Positions 1-14,213 are shown, counted from the stretch's first letter. The stretch: 64,000 nt of DNA from Mobula hypostoma (GCF_963921235.1 NC_086097.1:228162001-228226000); one strand, 5' to 3'. The notes: a model not told the origin generated them from the letters alone. Numbers and translations are program-made.

Positions 1-330
1 CACTGTACTGCTGCCGCAAAAAAAAACAATATTTCATGACATACGTGAGTGATTCTGATATGGGTCTGTGTTGTGGATTGAGAGTGGGAGGGGGGTAGGG
101 AGTGGGAATTACCAGAGAGATATTTGCTAATGATAAATAAACCAATTATTTGGAATCAAATGTCCTTGCCTGGCGTCTCGGGGCTGGGTGTGTCTGCACC
201 TGCTCCAACCTCTCCCCCTTCCCTGCCAACTGTCTAACACCCCTCCCGCAGTGCTGCTCCCTCACCATTTCCAACATCCTTTGCTCCCGCCAGATTTACA
301 GACTCACTCTCCAGTCCATGTTGACAAATA

Positions 331-387
331 CTGTACTGTGCAAAAGACTTAGACACCATATGTGCCTAAGATTTCTGCACAGTACTA
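331..387. mobile_element. Tiny Tc1/mariner-type MITE (hairpin of two ~24-bp TIRs)
   Basis: gtactgtgcaaaagacttagacac (333-356) is an imperfect reverse complement of gtgcctaagatttctgcacagtac (362-385); TA flanks. Confidence 0.6.
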
Positions 388-1329
388 TATGTTTCTTATG
401 AAGGTTATCAAGAAGCCAACTGACTTAAAGTTCTTTGCTTCGGAGAGCAAACTTCATGATTTACAAACATATGTAAAGTTACTATCTGTTGTGTGTTCCT
501 TGCTGCTGATTTGGTTTACAACCCCTTCCCACTCTGCCACATCGCAATGGAAGCACAGTGAGTCTGGCAGAATAGGAACACTGCTTCTGTCACCAACTAT
601 AAATTACCAACTTCAACCAGCAACAAGTACAGAAGCAGCAAAAACATATTTTTAAAACAAACTAAAACTGCACACTGGCTCTCAAAGCCAAGAGGAGTAA
701 AACAGGAAGCCCGGACTGGTTGAGCAGTCCGTTAGAGTACATGTAAGTTCAGCACACTCTGGTGTTCTTCCACAGAACACCAAGATGCTGTACCCTCCCC
801 CCCCCCACTCAAAAAAAGATTCAGTGCACATTCAAGTATAGGTAGTGCTATTAACCAGGGTCATTGGGAAATCCCTTACTTCATTTATAAGCATGGCTTC
901 CCATCATGGATCACTCGGATCTCTTGTGGCCCATTTCAGCAGCTGGCTGATCGTAAATTATGTTTGTTGTGTATCGTCCCGAGTAACATGTTCCTATATT
1001 TAGTATTGGTATTTAGCATTGCATTACCAGATATCTGATTCCTTCTTGAATCCTGTCAATCCAGAATTTTCTGTGAGTGTCCAAAGGGGTCTCCCACTCA
1101 TTTGCTGTAGCTGCAAGTGAAGAGGCTTGGAAAAAGGGCAAGAGAGTAGTTGACCCCGGGGTTTCTATTTCTGTAGCCTTCGTGTCAGAGTCTTAAAGGG
1201 ATGAGTGGGATCATTTTTAGAACTTCCACCCCCTTCCCACCCACCCCATGTAGGTTTTGGTTGACCTGGATCCCACCTCCACATTAAAGTAAATTTTGAA
1301 CATTTTAATAGACACAGACTTGTCGCATG

Positions 1330-1720
1330 CAATTCGCCAATCAGGAGGCATGGTGGAGATGGATATGATGATAAGAGGCACAGATCGAGGAGATAACCAG
1401 AGACTTATTCCCATGGTGGAAAAGGCTAGTACAGGGTGTATAATTTAAAAGTCATTGAAGGACAGTATAAGGGGGGATGTCAAAGGTATTTTTTTTGACA
1501 CCAAGAGCGGTGGGTGCACGGAACACATCACCGAGGTGGTGGTGGAGGTATTAGGGGTATTTAAGAACCTCTTAGGTAGACACATGGGTGATAGAAAAAT
1601 GGAGTGTTATGTAGGAGAGAAACATTAGTTTGATCTTAGAGTAGATCAAAGGGTTGGCACAATCTGGTGGGCTGAAGGGCCAGGACTGTGCTGTAGTATT
1701 CAATTTTCCATGTTCTATAA
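1330..1720 (+). mobile_element. Degenerate CR1 LINE 3' fragment
   Basis: Decayed CR1 ORF2 C-terminus and 3' tail (gggctgaagggcc...ctgtgctgta); boundaries approximate. Confidence 0.6.
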
Positions 1721-2589
1721 GTGTAGATTGTTCCAGGGAGTTAGTCACATTCTGTACAAATCAGAGGGATTATCCTTGAACTTGCATCAGTTCTAGGTTA
1801 CCTGCCTCAAAAATGGTGGTCCTCCTCGGTTGTGGAGTTGGCAGAGGGTATGGAGAGTATTGGAGGAAGTGAGGCTTTTGAGCAATCTGTGCGCGGATGG
1901 GGGCAGAATAGGGAGAGAATAATTGTGATTCCTCTTGAGTCTGGTACAGCTCTTCTCCAGCTACCCAAGAACAATGTGATTTTATTTACTTCTTACACAA
2001 AAAGAATTGCCTGCTTTCCCTTGCTGTACACAGGATCCTGAACTGGGTCCCACTCACCAGTATTTCAAAAGTATGCACTCGTGTCTAGGATGCCTAAAAT
2101 CTGGGACCCACATTTTTAACAGAGGGGCCTGTGTGTGTGCACAAATAGGATGCAGGCCATTACTGTCAAACTGTGTGGTTTCTACAATTTTACGCTTGGT
2201 AAACTGCTGCCATGCCCACCAACCTCTTCTGCATTGTCTCAACGTGGGACGGTGAGCTGAGCCAACCGATCTGAGAAGGCAACACTTTAACCTTGTGTTT
2301 CTGCAAATGCAACTGTAGGTTGATTCTGGTGTTGCTTAGCAACCACAGGAAAGCGCTAGTGACGAATTTGCCTGTGAGTGGGATTGACAAACTCACATTT
2401 GCAGCAAACAAAGCAAATACCTCTTGAACATGGACGTCTTTCTGACAATCCAGAGGCAGATGCTCAGGTACCATTTCATTATCCAGTTGACTGTGATGTT
2501 ATTATCCTCTGCTTCCCTGACTTCCTTTGACAGCCATCGATCTTTCCCCATCTCTCGAAGGTAGTGGCCACAGCAGCCCCCAAAAATCC

Positions 2590-2800
2590 AACTAACCCTA
2601 ACCTAATCAAGGCACAATTTACAATGACCAATTAACCTACACGGTGCGTCTTTGGACTGTGGGAGGAATCTGGAGGACCCAGAGGAAACCCACACATTCC
2701 ACGAGAGGGACATACAGAGATTTCTTGCGGAACGCTGCCGAAATTGAACTTTGAACCCGAACTCCGGATTGTAACAGCACTGAGCTATCTGCTACCCTAC
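2590..2800 (-). mobile_element. tRNA-derived V-SINE-like element
   Basis: Reverse complement of the motif gggtttcctc..ctcccacagtccaaagac..ggttaattggtcattgtaaattg, shared with the copies at 43455 and 62770. Confidence 0.7.
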
Positions 2801-2855
2801 CATGACATTTATCTGATAACTTGGTATCCACAGCCGCCTGTGGCAATGAATTCCC

Positions 2856-3297
2856 AAGATGAGGCCACCCTCAGGGTGGAGGAACAACACTTTACATTCC
2901 ATCTGAGTAGCCTCCAACCCGATGGCATGAATATCGATTTCTCCTTCCAGTAAAAAAAACTTTCCCTTCTTCTTCCCTCTTCTGTTCCCCACTCTGGCCT
3001 TTTACCTCTTCTCACCTGCCTGTAACTTCCCCAGGTTCCCTCCTCCTTCCCTTTCCCCTATGGTCCACTCTCCTCTCCCATCAGGTTCTTTCTTCGCCTA
3101 CCCTTTACCTTCCCTGCCCACCTGGCTTCACCTGTCACCTCCTAGCTACTCTCCTTTGCCCCGACCTTTTTACTCTGGCATCTTCCCCCGTCTGTTCCAG
3201 TTCTGAAGAAGGGTCTCAACCCAAAACATTGGCTGCTTATTCATTTCCATAGATGCTGCCTGACCTGCTGAGTTCCTCCAGTATATTGTGTGTGTTG
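2856..3297 (+). mobile_element. Penelope-like element 3' fragment inserted in an old minus-strand CR1 remnant (CR1 continues to ~3650)
   Basis: Decayed RxEEQHxxFxL tail, pyrimidine tract, degenerate hammerhead motif (ctgaagaagggtctcaacccaaaac); flanked by near-duplicate gcaatgaattcc/gcagtgaattcc. Confidence 0.65.
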
Positions 3298-5354
3298 CAG
3301 TGAATTCCACAGATACACCACCCTCTGCCTAAAGAAATCCCTTCTCATTTCAGATCTAAAGAGAAATCCTTCTATTCTGAGGCTGTGCCCTTTGGTGCCA
3401 GCCTCTCTCACTATTGGAAACATTCTCTTGGAGTACACTCTATCTAGGCTTTTCGATCTTTGATAGGTCTCAGCGAGATCACCCTTGTTCTCTGAACTCC
3501 AGTGAGCACAGGTACAGAGCTATCAAACGCTCCTCACATGTTGAGCCTTTCATTCCTAGGGTCATTCTCGTGAACGTCCTCTGGGTTGTTCCAAAGCCAG
3601 CACTTCCTTTCTTGGGACGAGGGGCCCAAAACTGCTCAGAATACTCCAGATATACAGTTGAAAGCAATGAACTAAAGCACGGCAGAAGAATTTCTGTGTA
3701 AGAAGATGTGTGGGAATCCAAAAGGTAGCCTGTGCTAGGATATGATTTCAAAAGTAATTGCAAATGTCTTGGGGTCATCTTGAGCATTAACCTCTGAGTC
3801 TGATAGGACTAGTTAACACAGCTTCTGATTAAATGTATGATACAGTTGAGGCATTTTGAATATTTCTGAGCACGGTATCACCAGAGGCAAAAGCTTGGAG
3901 AGAAACAAGCAATTTGCACAGATTACTTTAGGGTTGCAGGCTACAGTGACACGGAAATAAACTGGAGAAGTTCAGCTAGTTGTTGAGGAGCTAAGAGAAG
4001 ATTCAATTCAGTTGAAGTGTTTAAAGTAATAACAGGTTCCAACAGCTTCTCTTTATTCATTCTATTACCGGTGTCTGGAGGTTTAATAATTAGAAGAATA
4101 ATCTGTTTAACATAAGTGGCCAAAACATGAGGAGAAAGCATTCCCTGTGGTTCTGAATGCTCTGCTTGATAGGGAGCTGGAAAAAGAATCAATTGCTGCC
4201 TGGGAAAGGAAGTAAGGTGAATACTTACAGATAATTGCAGTGATACTGGATACTCAGACTAACTGCATCGCTGTTTGAAATAACTAGCACAAATTTAATA
4301 GGCCAAATAGCCTGCTCTGCTGCGGAGCCATTTCTCAAGGAATTAGAGAGCCATATGGAACTTGGAACTTGTGCACATCGCAACAGTCAGGCAAAAATCC
4401 ACTGTCCTTGCCACAGTTAGGAATTCTGCCCTAGTCGTAGCCCAAGCACTCAGTGTTGGCAGAATTGAGTGCTGACGCTGATAACTAACAGACTGGATTT
4501 TCATACATTGAAGAGGTGAGCAGTGGTGGAGACCTAAACCAGTTAATCAGACAGCCACTAGGGTATTGTCTCCCATTTTGAACATCTGAATAGTGACACT
4601 AGAGGAGCAGCTCAGCAAAGAGCTCCCTCTGCTGGTAAATGTCTGCTACGGCATCGGATATTTTATTCCTACAGAAGGAAGCATTTCTACAAAATGGTTA
4701 AAGGTGCTCGCAGTGCTGAAAAGAAGATGTGTTCTGGAGAGATAAATTTAATAGCTATTGAATGATTATTGCCATGCATCTATTAATAATCAATCAATGG
4801 TGATAGTAAGCCTTGCAGTAGTTAGACTTTATATGTGAGAATGTCATCCAACAAAGGTCCGTTTTATTGTTAAAGTATGCATGTACAGTCTTTCCAGTTG
4901 ACTAGATTTCCATTCAACATGTCATGGACAGGAATTACTGTAACATTGCCCCGCTTCCTTGTCTAGGATCATTAACCTTAATGGTACAGGTCATCCTGGT
5001 CCGTGTTGTCCCTGCTTCCCTCAGCCGGGCTCCCTTTCCTGGTATCCCATGAAGTTTCTCTCAACTATTCACCATTTACAACAGCTTGGCAAAGTCATAT
5101 ACCAGGTAACCACTTATCTCTGGTACAGCCATTTCTTGGCCTATGCAGCTTAGTATCTAACTCCAAACATGATGAACCTCTATACTTCATAAATTTCAGA
5201 CCCACTTCTTCCATTACCAATTACTCATCAATGAACTCCCCATTTCTGACTCTCTGCTTCTGCTTGGTACTGCGCCAGCACTGCCAGGCGGCTGTTATAA
5301 CGTGCAGTCGGTGTGAACAGCGTGGGAGTTAAATTGTAAAGTAAGCTTTTTTGA

Positions 5355-7400
5355 CTAGATCCCTGAAATCAATTTGATTGAGTCATCTTTAAAAATATTA
5401 ATGTCAGAAATACTGCGCAGGTCTGGCGGCAGAAGATTCCACTCTCTTGTTGATCTTGGGCAGAGGGAGTACTGGTAGCAAATCTTATTGAATGAAGGAG
5501 TTTCCAATATGTGAGGTCCAGTTTGCTGTCGAGTTGAACTGACCCTGTGACGGATTTGGATGTTTGATGGAGTGATGTTGTGAACTTCTTTGAAAATGAA
5601 AATTAACCATAGTTTAATACGTCGGTTTTCAAGTGGTTCCCGGTGAAGGTTAGAGAGCATGTTGGTGACACTGGATTTCCTGCTGTAATTGTTTAACACA
5701 AAGCGAGCAGCACGGTGTTGGATTTTTTCGATGGACTTCTTGTTGTTAGCTTGATGGGGATCCCATAAGGCTGCGCAATACTCAAGCTTTGGGCGGACGA
5801 GTGTCTTGTATGCCAGGTCCTTGACGGATTTACTACATGAGTGGAGGTTTCTTCTCAGGATACCCAGCATTTTATTTGTTTTGGTGTAATCTGATTGATG
5901 TGGCATGTCCAGTTAAGATCCTGGCTAATTTCAACACCAAGATATTGGTGCTGGGTGACTGTTTCAAGAATCTGTCCATTCATGTCATATGTCGTGTTGA
6001 TTGGTTTAACTTTGTGACTGACATACATAGCATAACATTTAGATGAGTTGAAGGACATTTGCCATTGAGACTCCCATTGACATAATGAATCAATATCGTT
6101 TTGCAGCAGCTGAGCATCTTGGTTATTTTTTCTCTCATAGTAGATTATGCAGTCATCTGCAAAAAGTCTGACTTTGGACTTGACTATATTTGGCAAGTCG
6201 TTGATGTAAATGAGAAAAAGTAAGGGTCCCAACACGGTCCCCTGGGGCACTCCAGATGTTACTGGAGATTCAGGGGACTCTGCCCCCTCAAGAAGCACAC
6301 GTTGCTGTCTGTTGGTAAGGAACATGTTTAACCAATGTAGAAGGCTGTTGTTAATGCCCACATGTTCAAGCTTACGTAGTAATCTCTGGTGAGGGGCCGT
6401 GTCAAATGCCTTACTGAAGTCGAGTATGATCAAGTCTGCTTGGCTTCTATTGTCAAGGATCTTTGCTAGGTCGTTGATCAACCCTGCAAGTTGTGTGTCA
6501 CAAGATCTGCCCTGACGGAATCCATGTTGATGATGAGTAAGAGCATTGTGTCTGTCTAGATGGTCCATAATGTGACAGTGAATAATATGGTCAAGAATTT
6601 TACAAGGGATGGAAGTGAGTGGAACCGGTCTGTAACTTCCCAGGTTTGTACACTTGCCCTTATAAATTGGAACAACATTCGCTTTCAACCGATCGTGCAG
6701 TAATGTCCCAGTATCAATAGACTTCTGGAATATCTTTTGCAAAACGAGAGCTAGACTGGAAGCACAACTCTTTACAATCATAGCTGGTATTTGATCAGGT
6801 CCTGGTGCTTTCTTAGGCTGTAATTCCTCAAGAAGCTTCTTAACACCTGTTACAGTTATAATGAGATCTGGCAAGTCTGGGGTATTGCAGGGGTCTAAAG
6901 TGGGGAGTTCATTCAAATTTTCCCTTGTAAACACAGAGCAAAACTGCTGGCTAAGTGCTTGTGCTTTGTCTGCAGCAAGAGATACAACACGGCCCTCGGA
7001 TGAGAGAGAAGAAATTCCAAAAACTTCTTGCCTTGTAGATTTAATAAAGCTCCAGAAGGGTTTGGTGTTGTCAGTCTTTAAGCTCTCACCTATTACCTCA
7101 TTAACATACTGATGGTGAGCTTTCCTGATGTTTCTATCAATAAGTCAGCGCAAGGATTTAAACTTTTGCCAGTCTTCACTATGACCGGATTTCCTAGCTT
7201 TATTATAGACTCATTGCTTTCTACGTATCGCACGCCGGGTGGACTGGTTTACCCACGGTAAGTTGAACCTGGAAGAGTCATTTTAGAGGGGACATACTCG
7301 TCAATTGCTACTTGAAGGACCTCTTGGAAGTTAGACCAAAGAGTATCTGTACTGACCGATGCTAAATCTTCCTTAGTTAGTGACTGGTTGAAATCACTAA
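5355..7400 (-). mobile_element. Non-LTR retrotransposon RT remnant (RTE-X/CR1-like), frameshifted
   Basis: ORFs 5855-6934 and 5355-5906: KAPGPDQI, YRPVPLTS, QHGFR, DFSKAFD, GVPQGTVLGPLLFLIYINDL, FADD, LVRPKLEY. Confidence 0.9.
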
Positions 7401-7969
7401 CAAGTTTTGCAGTTCCACTAAAGTGGAGTGGGATACCTAAACCTGTGTCGCTTTCCTTTCTCCTTCTGCAAACTCTGAAAGATCAAATTGCACCAGAAAC
7501 ATAACGCTGGCTGCCTTGACCATTAAACTCCATTCCACTAACCTTTCTTCTTGATCTGTATCTTACTTAGCCTTCAATAGTTCATCGTCAATGGACACGA
7601 GATTTGTTTTCACTCCTTCCCTCCCTTGTTGACGCCATAACGTATATGTTGGTGCCGAAACGTGTGGTGACACTTGCAGTCTGCCCCCAGCACATCCTTA
7701 GGTTATGTTGGTTGTTAATGCAAACAACGCATTTCACGGTATGTTTCAATGTACATATGAGAAATAAATGAATCTCAATCTGACCTCTGAATTAACAGCT
7801 CATTACACAGAAAGGGGAAGTCGGGAGTATACACACTAATCCTTATCAAGGGGTCAGCAATGGAAAGGATGAACAAGTTCAAGTTTCTGGGCTGAAGATT
7901 TCTGGGGATATATCACAGAGATGATGTATCCTCACATCATCTCATAGAGATGACAGGTCACAGAGATCA

Positions 7970-8730
7970 TATATCCTCAGGGACAAATGTCCTAGCGGGC
8001 GGGTTTGCTAGTGCTGCACGGGAGGGTTTAAACTTGAGTTGCAGAGGGATGGGAACCAACAGCAGAAGAGATGGTGGTTGTGGAGAAAGACATTGTTATG
8101 CCTACATACAAAGTCAGGAATCAAAGGATCGAGCATGGTGGGACGAATGTTCTGAGCAAGGAGTATTGCAGGTAAGGTGGATGAATTTAGGGCATGGATC
8201 AGCACGTGGAATTATTGTACTGTAGTCATTAGTGAGACTTGTTTACAGGAGAAGGAGGACTGGCAGCTTAGTGTTCTGGGATTCCATTATTTTAGACCTG
8301 ACAGAGCAGGAGGGATTAAAGGGGAAGGGGTGGAATTATTAATCAGGGAAAATATCATGGCAGTGCTCAAGACAGAATGGCGAACTCATCTAGTGAGGCT
8401 TTATGAATAGAACTTTGGAATAAAAAAGGTATGACCACATGAATGGGATTATATTATAGACCACCCAGGATTTAGAGGAACAAATTTGTAGAGAGATCGC
8501 AGGCTGTTGCAAGAAACATAAGGTGCTTTTAACTTTCCGCATATTGACTGGGACTCCATATTGTAAAAGGGCTGGATGGGAACGAGTTTGTCAAATATGT
8601 TCCAGGAAGTTTCCTTAATAAGTACATAGAAGTCCCAACTAGAGCGAGTGTAGTACTAGATCTCCTATTAGCGAATGGAATAGGGCAGGTGACAGAAGTT
8701 TAGTTAGGGGACCACTTTGCATCTAATGTA
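7970..8730 (+). mobile_element. Degenerate CR1 fragment (end of ORF1 and AP-endonuclease region)
   Basis: GTNVLAGGFA (ORF1 end), then ISETCL...DRAGGIKGEGVELLI (endonuclease motifs). Confidence 0.75.
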
Positions 8731-8787
8731 AATTATAATACTTTTTGTACTCTACTGCTGCAGCAAACAACAAATCTCACAATATAC

Positions 8788-9170
8788 ACAGTGCCACTTC
8801 ATTAGGTGCACCAGTACACCTGCTTGTAATGCAAATATCTAATTAGCAAACCTTCTGGCAGCAACTCAATGGATAAAAGAGATTCAGCTGGTGTTTAGAC
8901 CAAACATCAGAATGGCGGTGAAATGTTATCTAAGTGACTTTGACTGTGGAATGAAAGCTGGTGCCAGATGGGGTGGCCTGAGTATCTCAGAGACTGCTGA
9001 TCTGCTGTAACTTGCACATACAACTGTTTCTAGAGTTTACGGAGAGTGGTGCGAGAAACAAAAACTATCCAGTGAGCAGCAATTCTGTGAGCAAAAGCAC
9101 CTTGTTAACGAGAAAGGTCAGAGGAGAATGGCCAGACTGGTTCAAGCTGACAGGAAGGCAATAGTAGCTT
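8788..9170 (+). mobile_element. Tc1-like DNA transposon 5' fragment
   Basis: Decayed transposase N-terminus (LSDFDCGM..GAR..LSISETADLL..SRVY.EW..RGQRRMARLVQADRKA) downstream of a cagtgccacttcattagg terminus. Confidence 0.7.
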
Positions 9171-9189
9171 AGAACGCTTGCAGGTCGTA

Positions 9190-10135
9190 AGAGTGGGGCC
9201 TTCATCTCCACCCCTCTGACTCTCAACACAGGAGCCCCTCAGCGCTGTGTACTGAGTCCTCTCCTTTACTCCCTGTATACCCATGACTGTGTCACCACCC
9301 ACAGCTCTAATCTGCTAATTAAATTTGCTGATGATACTACATTGATTGACCTAATCTCAAACAATAACGAGATGGTCTACAAGGAAGAAGTTATCTCTCT
9401 GACACAGTGGTGTCAAGAAAACAACCTCTCCCTCAATGTCACAAAAGCAAAGGAACTGGTTGTGGATTACAGGAGGAATGGAGATGGGCTAACCCCTACT
9501 GACATCAGTGGATCTGGGGTTGAGAGAGTAAACAGCTTTAAGTTCCTCGGCATCCACATCTCCGAGGACCTCACATGGTCTGTACACACCAGCTGTGTGG
9601 TGAAAAAGGCACAACAGCGCCTCTTTCACCTCAGACAGTTGAGGAAATTTGGTATGGGCCCCCAAATCCTAAGAACTTTCTACAGGGGCACAATTGAGAG
9701 CATCCTGACTGGCTGCATCACTGCCTGGTATGGGAACTGTACTTCCCTCAATCGCAGGAATCTGCAGAGAGTGGTGCGGACATCTGTAGTTGTGAACTTC
9801 CCATGGTTCAGGACATTTACAAAGACAGGTGTGAGAAAAGGGCCTGAAGAATTATTGGGGACCTGAGTCACCCCAACCACAATCCAGTCCAGCTGCTACC
9901 ATCCGGGAAACAATACCACAGCATAAAAGCCTAGACAAACAGGCTGTGGGACAGCTTCTTCCACCAGGCCACCAGACTGATTAACTCACGCTGATTTAAG
10001 TGTATTTCTATGTTACATTGACTGTTCTATTTAATATAAATTATTATAAATTACTATGATTGCACATTTAGATGGAGACATAAAGTAAATATTTTAACTC
10101 ATGTATGTGAAGGATGTAAGAAATAAAGTCAATTT
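9190..10135 (+). mobile_element. Rex1/Babar-type LINE 3' fragment
   Basis: GAPQRCVLSPLLYSLYTHDC, KFADD, WCQENNLSLNV, KAQQRLFHLR; aataaag tail near 10122. Confidence 0.85.
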
Positions 10136-11479
10136 AACAGTAGAAGACTGGATGCAGGAGGAGCTTATTGTTGGTAGGACTTGCAAGTTGAATCACAATG
10201 AGCAGTGCTATAGAACAGGAAGATCCCTGAACCAGTAGAGGGTCAATAGACAAAACTATTGCTATTGGGTGAAAGGATAAGAAAGACATAAGTGAAAATC
10301 CACTAAAGGACCTGAACACAAAGTCCTGATGATGCCTGGAGCTATAAATCAGGGCTCTCGACCTTTTTTATGCCATGGACCAATACCATTAAGCAAGGGG
10401 TCCATAGACCCCAGGTGGGGACTGCCTGCTATAGGTGATTCACTCCAAAGTTCTACATTAAACACAGTGCAAAAATAGAGGAAAATAAATTAATTATACC
10501 TGGAAAAAAAATGATGATGGTAATAAAACCAAACATGTAGACAGCTAAAAATCCAATCTCAAGTCCAAGGTCAGAAAAAACAGCTTAGGTGCTGGTCTCT
10601 GAGTACTGCTGGGAGAGCCTTGCAGATATTGAGAACTGTATGATTACTGGGCATAAAATGGGCCAGGTTTGGTTGATTAGTCCCAGAACATTCTCATCTT
10701 CTAGCACAGAAGTGTAGAAAAGGCAGTAGTTATTTTTCTATACTTCACTGATTGTCGAAGTTTAACACAATCCCACACTGAATGGTTAGAAAATTGATAT
10801 CTCAAGACCACAGGTCACGAACAACAGGATCCTTTGCAAAATAACAAATTAAACAGTGGGGAAGTAATCCTTTGCATGTTGCATCAACAGTTAGTTAGTG
10901 GATCTTCTCAAAGCACTTACCAGATATTGAAGGCAAAGTAACTATATTCTGAATATTCTGATATATGTTTCTAAACTGAGTTGTCTTGATACATCATTTG
11001 TATTTATTTTCCCATCGCTATTTAATTGTCTATAATTTTGGTGAGGTTTTGAAATTTTCATTTTAAAATATATTTTTGAACCTTCATTCTTGTGGTCATG
11101 CCTTGTACAGTAGTCAAGTAGTTGTGAATAATCATGTGTTGTTCCTTTCCGCACCTTGTGGCACATTGGGTGGCTTTTATTTTTGCCGTTCCCTGAACAG
11201 TTGTCTATTTATTACGGGGCTAGTTGCTAGCTCGGCATTCAGCCTAGCACGATGGAAAGAGCCAGCCAGATTCGAACCAGGGACCATTTGCCTGGAAGTC
11301 CAGTGCTGATGTCACTACAACGATGGCCGGCAAATAGCCATGTGTAGCGAATGGGAATTATACCAAAAATGTAGTCAAAGCGGGCTTACCATCCTCTCTG
11401 TCTCTCAAATGATCATGGTCATTTCTTCAAAAAATATGATATTAACAATCAGAAAACCATAATACAATAAGTATATAAG

Positions 11480-13010
11480 ATATAGGAGCAGAATTAGGCC
11501 ATTCAACCCATCGTGTCTTTCCCACCATTCCATCATGGCTGATTTCTTAACCCCATTCTCCTGCCTTCTCTCTGTGATGCCCTGAAAAAATCAAGAATCT
11601 ATCAAGCTCCACTTCAAATATACCCAATGACTTGGCCTCCAGAACCATCTGTGGCAATGAATTCCATAGATTCACCACCCATAGAATCAAAATTCTACTT
11701 ATTCATCATCCCTCTGGCAAAACAAATTCCTTCTCAACTCTGTTCTAAAGGGACGTCCCTCCCTTCTGAGGCTGTGCCCTCTGTCCTAGACTCCCCCATT
11801 ATAGGAAATCTCCTCTCCATATCCACTCTACCTAGGCCTTTCAACATTTTATTTTATTTAATCATTTATGGGATGTGGGAATTGCCAGCTGAGCCAGCAT
11901 TTATTTCTCATCCCTAGCTGCCCTTGTGAAGGTGGTGAACTGCTGCAGTCCCTGAGGTGTAGGTACACCCACGGTGCTGTTAGGGAGGCAATTCCGTGAT
12001 TTTAAGCCAGCGACAATGAAGGGATGGCGATATGTTTCCAGGTCAGGATGATGAGGACTTGGAAGGGGGTTTTCAAGTGATAGTGTTCCCAGGTATCTGC
12101 TGTTCTTGTCCTTCTAGACGATAGTGGTTGTGTGTCTGGACGGTGCTGCCTTAAGAACTTCGGTGTTTTGTTGGCGTGCATCTTGTAGATAGTACACACT
12201 GCTGCAACTGTTCGTCGATGGTGGAGGGATTGGATACTTGTGGAAGGGGTATTAATCAAGTGGGCTGACTTGTACTGGATAGTGTCGAGCTTCTTGAGTG
12301 TTGGTAGAGCTGCTCTCATCCAGGCAAATGGCAAGTATTCCATTACACTCCTGGCCTGAGCCATGTAGATGGTACACAGGCTTTGGGGAGTCAGGAGGTG
12401 AGTTACACGCCGCAGAATTCCTAGCCTTTGACCTGCTCTGGTAGCCACCGTGTTTATACGGCTAGACCAGTTCAGTTACCTATCAATGGTAATCCCCAGG
12501 ATGTTGATAGTAGGGGATTCAGTGATGGCGATGCTGCTGAATGTCAAGGAACGATTGTTAGAGCTGCTCTTGTCAGAGATGGTCATTGCCTGGCACTTGT
12601 GTGGCTCGAATGTTACTTTCCATATTCAATAGGTTTCAATAAGATACTCCCTCATTCGTCAAAACTCCGGTGAGTACAGGCCCAGAGCTATCAAATGTTA
12701 ATCCTTTCATTCCCAGAAACATTCTCTGGACTCTGTCCAATGCAAGCATGTCTTTTCTGAGATAAGGGGCCAAAAACTGCTCACGGTACTCCAAGTGCGA
12801 ACAGCATTATATCCTTGCTTTTATATTCTAGTCCTCTCAAAATAAATTTTAACATTGCATTTGCCTTCCTTGCCATCAAACTCAACCTGCAAGTTAACCT
12901 TTAAGAAATCTTGCACAAGGATCCCCAAGTCCCTTTGCACCTCAAATCCTTGAATTTTCTCTCCGGTCAGAAAATATATATTTATTCCTTCTAGCAAAGT
13001 GCATGACCAT
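11480..13010 (-). mobile_element. Old CR1 3' remnant interrupted by a second non-LTR RT fragment (~11850-12620)
   Basis: CR1 tail (ataggagcagaattaggcc) and RT debris on both sides; insert ORF 12002-12448 (RAGQRLGILRRV...RSVMEY...KKLDTIQ). Confidence 0.7.
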
Positions 13011-13019
13011 TATATTCAA

Positions 13020-13630
13020 TCTGCCACTGATTGGCACAAAGACCACTTCGCCCAGCACCCATGCTCTGTCCGCCAGAAAAAGTGGGATGTTCCAGTGGGT
13101 ACCCATTTTAATTCCACTTCCCATTCCCATTCCGACGTATAGATCCATGGCCTCCTTTACTGTCACAGTGAGGCCACACTCAGGTTGGAGGAACAACACC
13201 TTATGTTTCATCTGGGTAGCTTCCAACCTGGTGACATGAACATCAATTGCTCAGACTTCCAGTAATGCCCCCTTCCCTCACCATGCCACGCTGGTGCTCC
13301 TCGCCCCTTTTCTTTCTTCATGGCCTTCTGTCCTCTCCTATTAGATTCCCCTTTCTCCAGTCCTGTATCTCTTTCACCAATCAACTTCCCAGTTCCTTAC
13401 TTCATCCCTCCTGCCCCCTCCACCCCCAGTTTCACCTATCACCATGTGTTTCTCTTTCCCTTCCCCCACCTTTTAAATCTACTCGTCATTTTTTTTTTCT
13501 CCAGTCCTGCTGCAGGGTCTCAGCCCGAAATGTCAACAGTACTCTTTTCCATAGATTGTGCCTGACCTGCTGCGTTCCTCCAGCATTTTGTGTGTGTTGC
13601 TCAGATTTCCAGCATCTGCAGATTTTCTCT
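13020..13630 (+). mobile_element. Penelope-like element 3' fragment
   Basis: Same family as 39727-40915; GIY-YIG tail, pyrimidine tract, degenerate hammerhead at 13502-13540. Confidence 0.75.
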
Positions 13631-13819
13631 TGAGTTTGTTGCAGGAGTAGAGGGATGGAGGGGAAGACCATGACAAGGGGAAATCATATTCCTGGAGGTA
13701 GGGTGAATGGCACATGAAGAGAGTGTTCTTCACCCAGTCTCCACCCAATCTCTGCTTTATAACACGTAACACACTTGTTTCCTCACTTTTCCACTTCTGA
13801 TGAGAATGATGGAATCAAG

Positions 13820-14213
13820 GTTCCATAGGGTCGTAAAGAAAGCCTTTGACACGTTGGCCTTCGTAAATCAATGTACTGAGTATGAACGATGAGATGTTAT
13901 GTCGAAGTTGTATAAGACATTGGTGAGGCCTAATCTGAGCTATTGTGTGCAGTTTTGATCACCTACTTACAGGAAAGATGTAAACAAGGTTTGAAAGAGT
14001 ACAGAGAAAATTTACAAGGATGTTGCTGGGTCTGGAGGACCTGAGGAATATAAGGAAGGATTGAATAGGGTAGGACTGTATTCTTTAGAACATGGAAGCT
14101 TGAGAGGAGATTTGAGAGAGCTATACAAAATTATGAGGGATATAGATAGAGTAAATGCAAGCAGGCTTTTTCCACTGAAGTTGGGTGGGACTACAACCAG
14201 AGGTCATGGGTTA
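13820..14213 (+). mobile_element. Old CR1 ORF2 C-terminal fragment (its 3' tail appears to resume at 21845-21940)
   Basis: YKTLVRPNLSYCVQF...TRGHGL; CR1-type tail gagggctatggttcc...ctctatgactc lies immediately after the Gypsy 3' LTR. Confidence 0.75.

Noticed and set aside
10350..10430. Short hAT-like MITE candidates (also ~30630-30692) and a pogo-like fragment at ~36255-36830
   Set aside because: Resemblance only; termini and TSDs are too decayed to call
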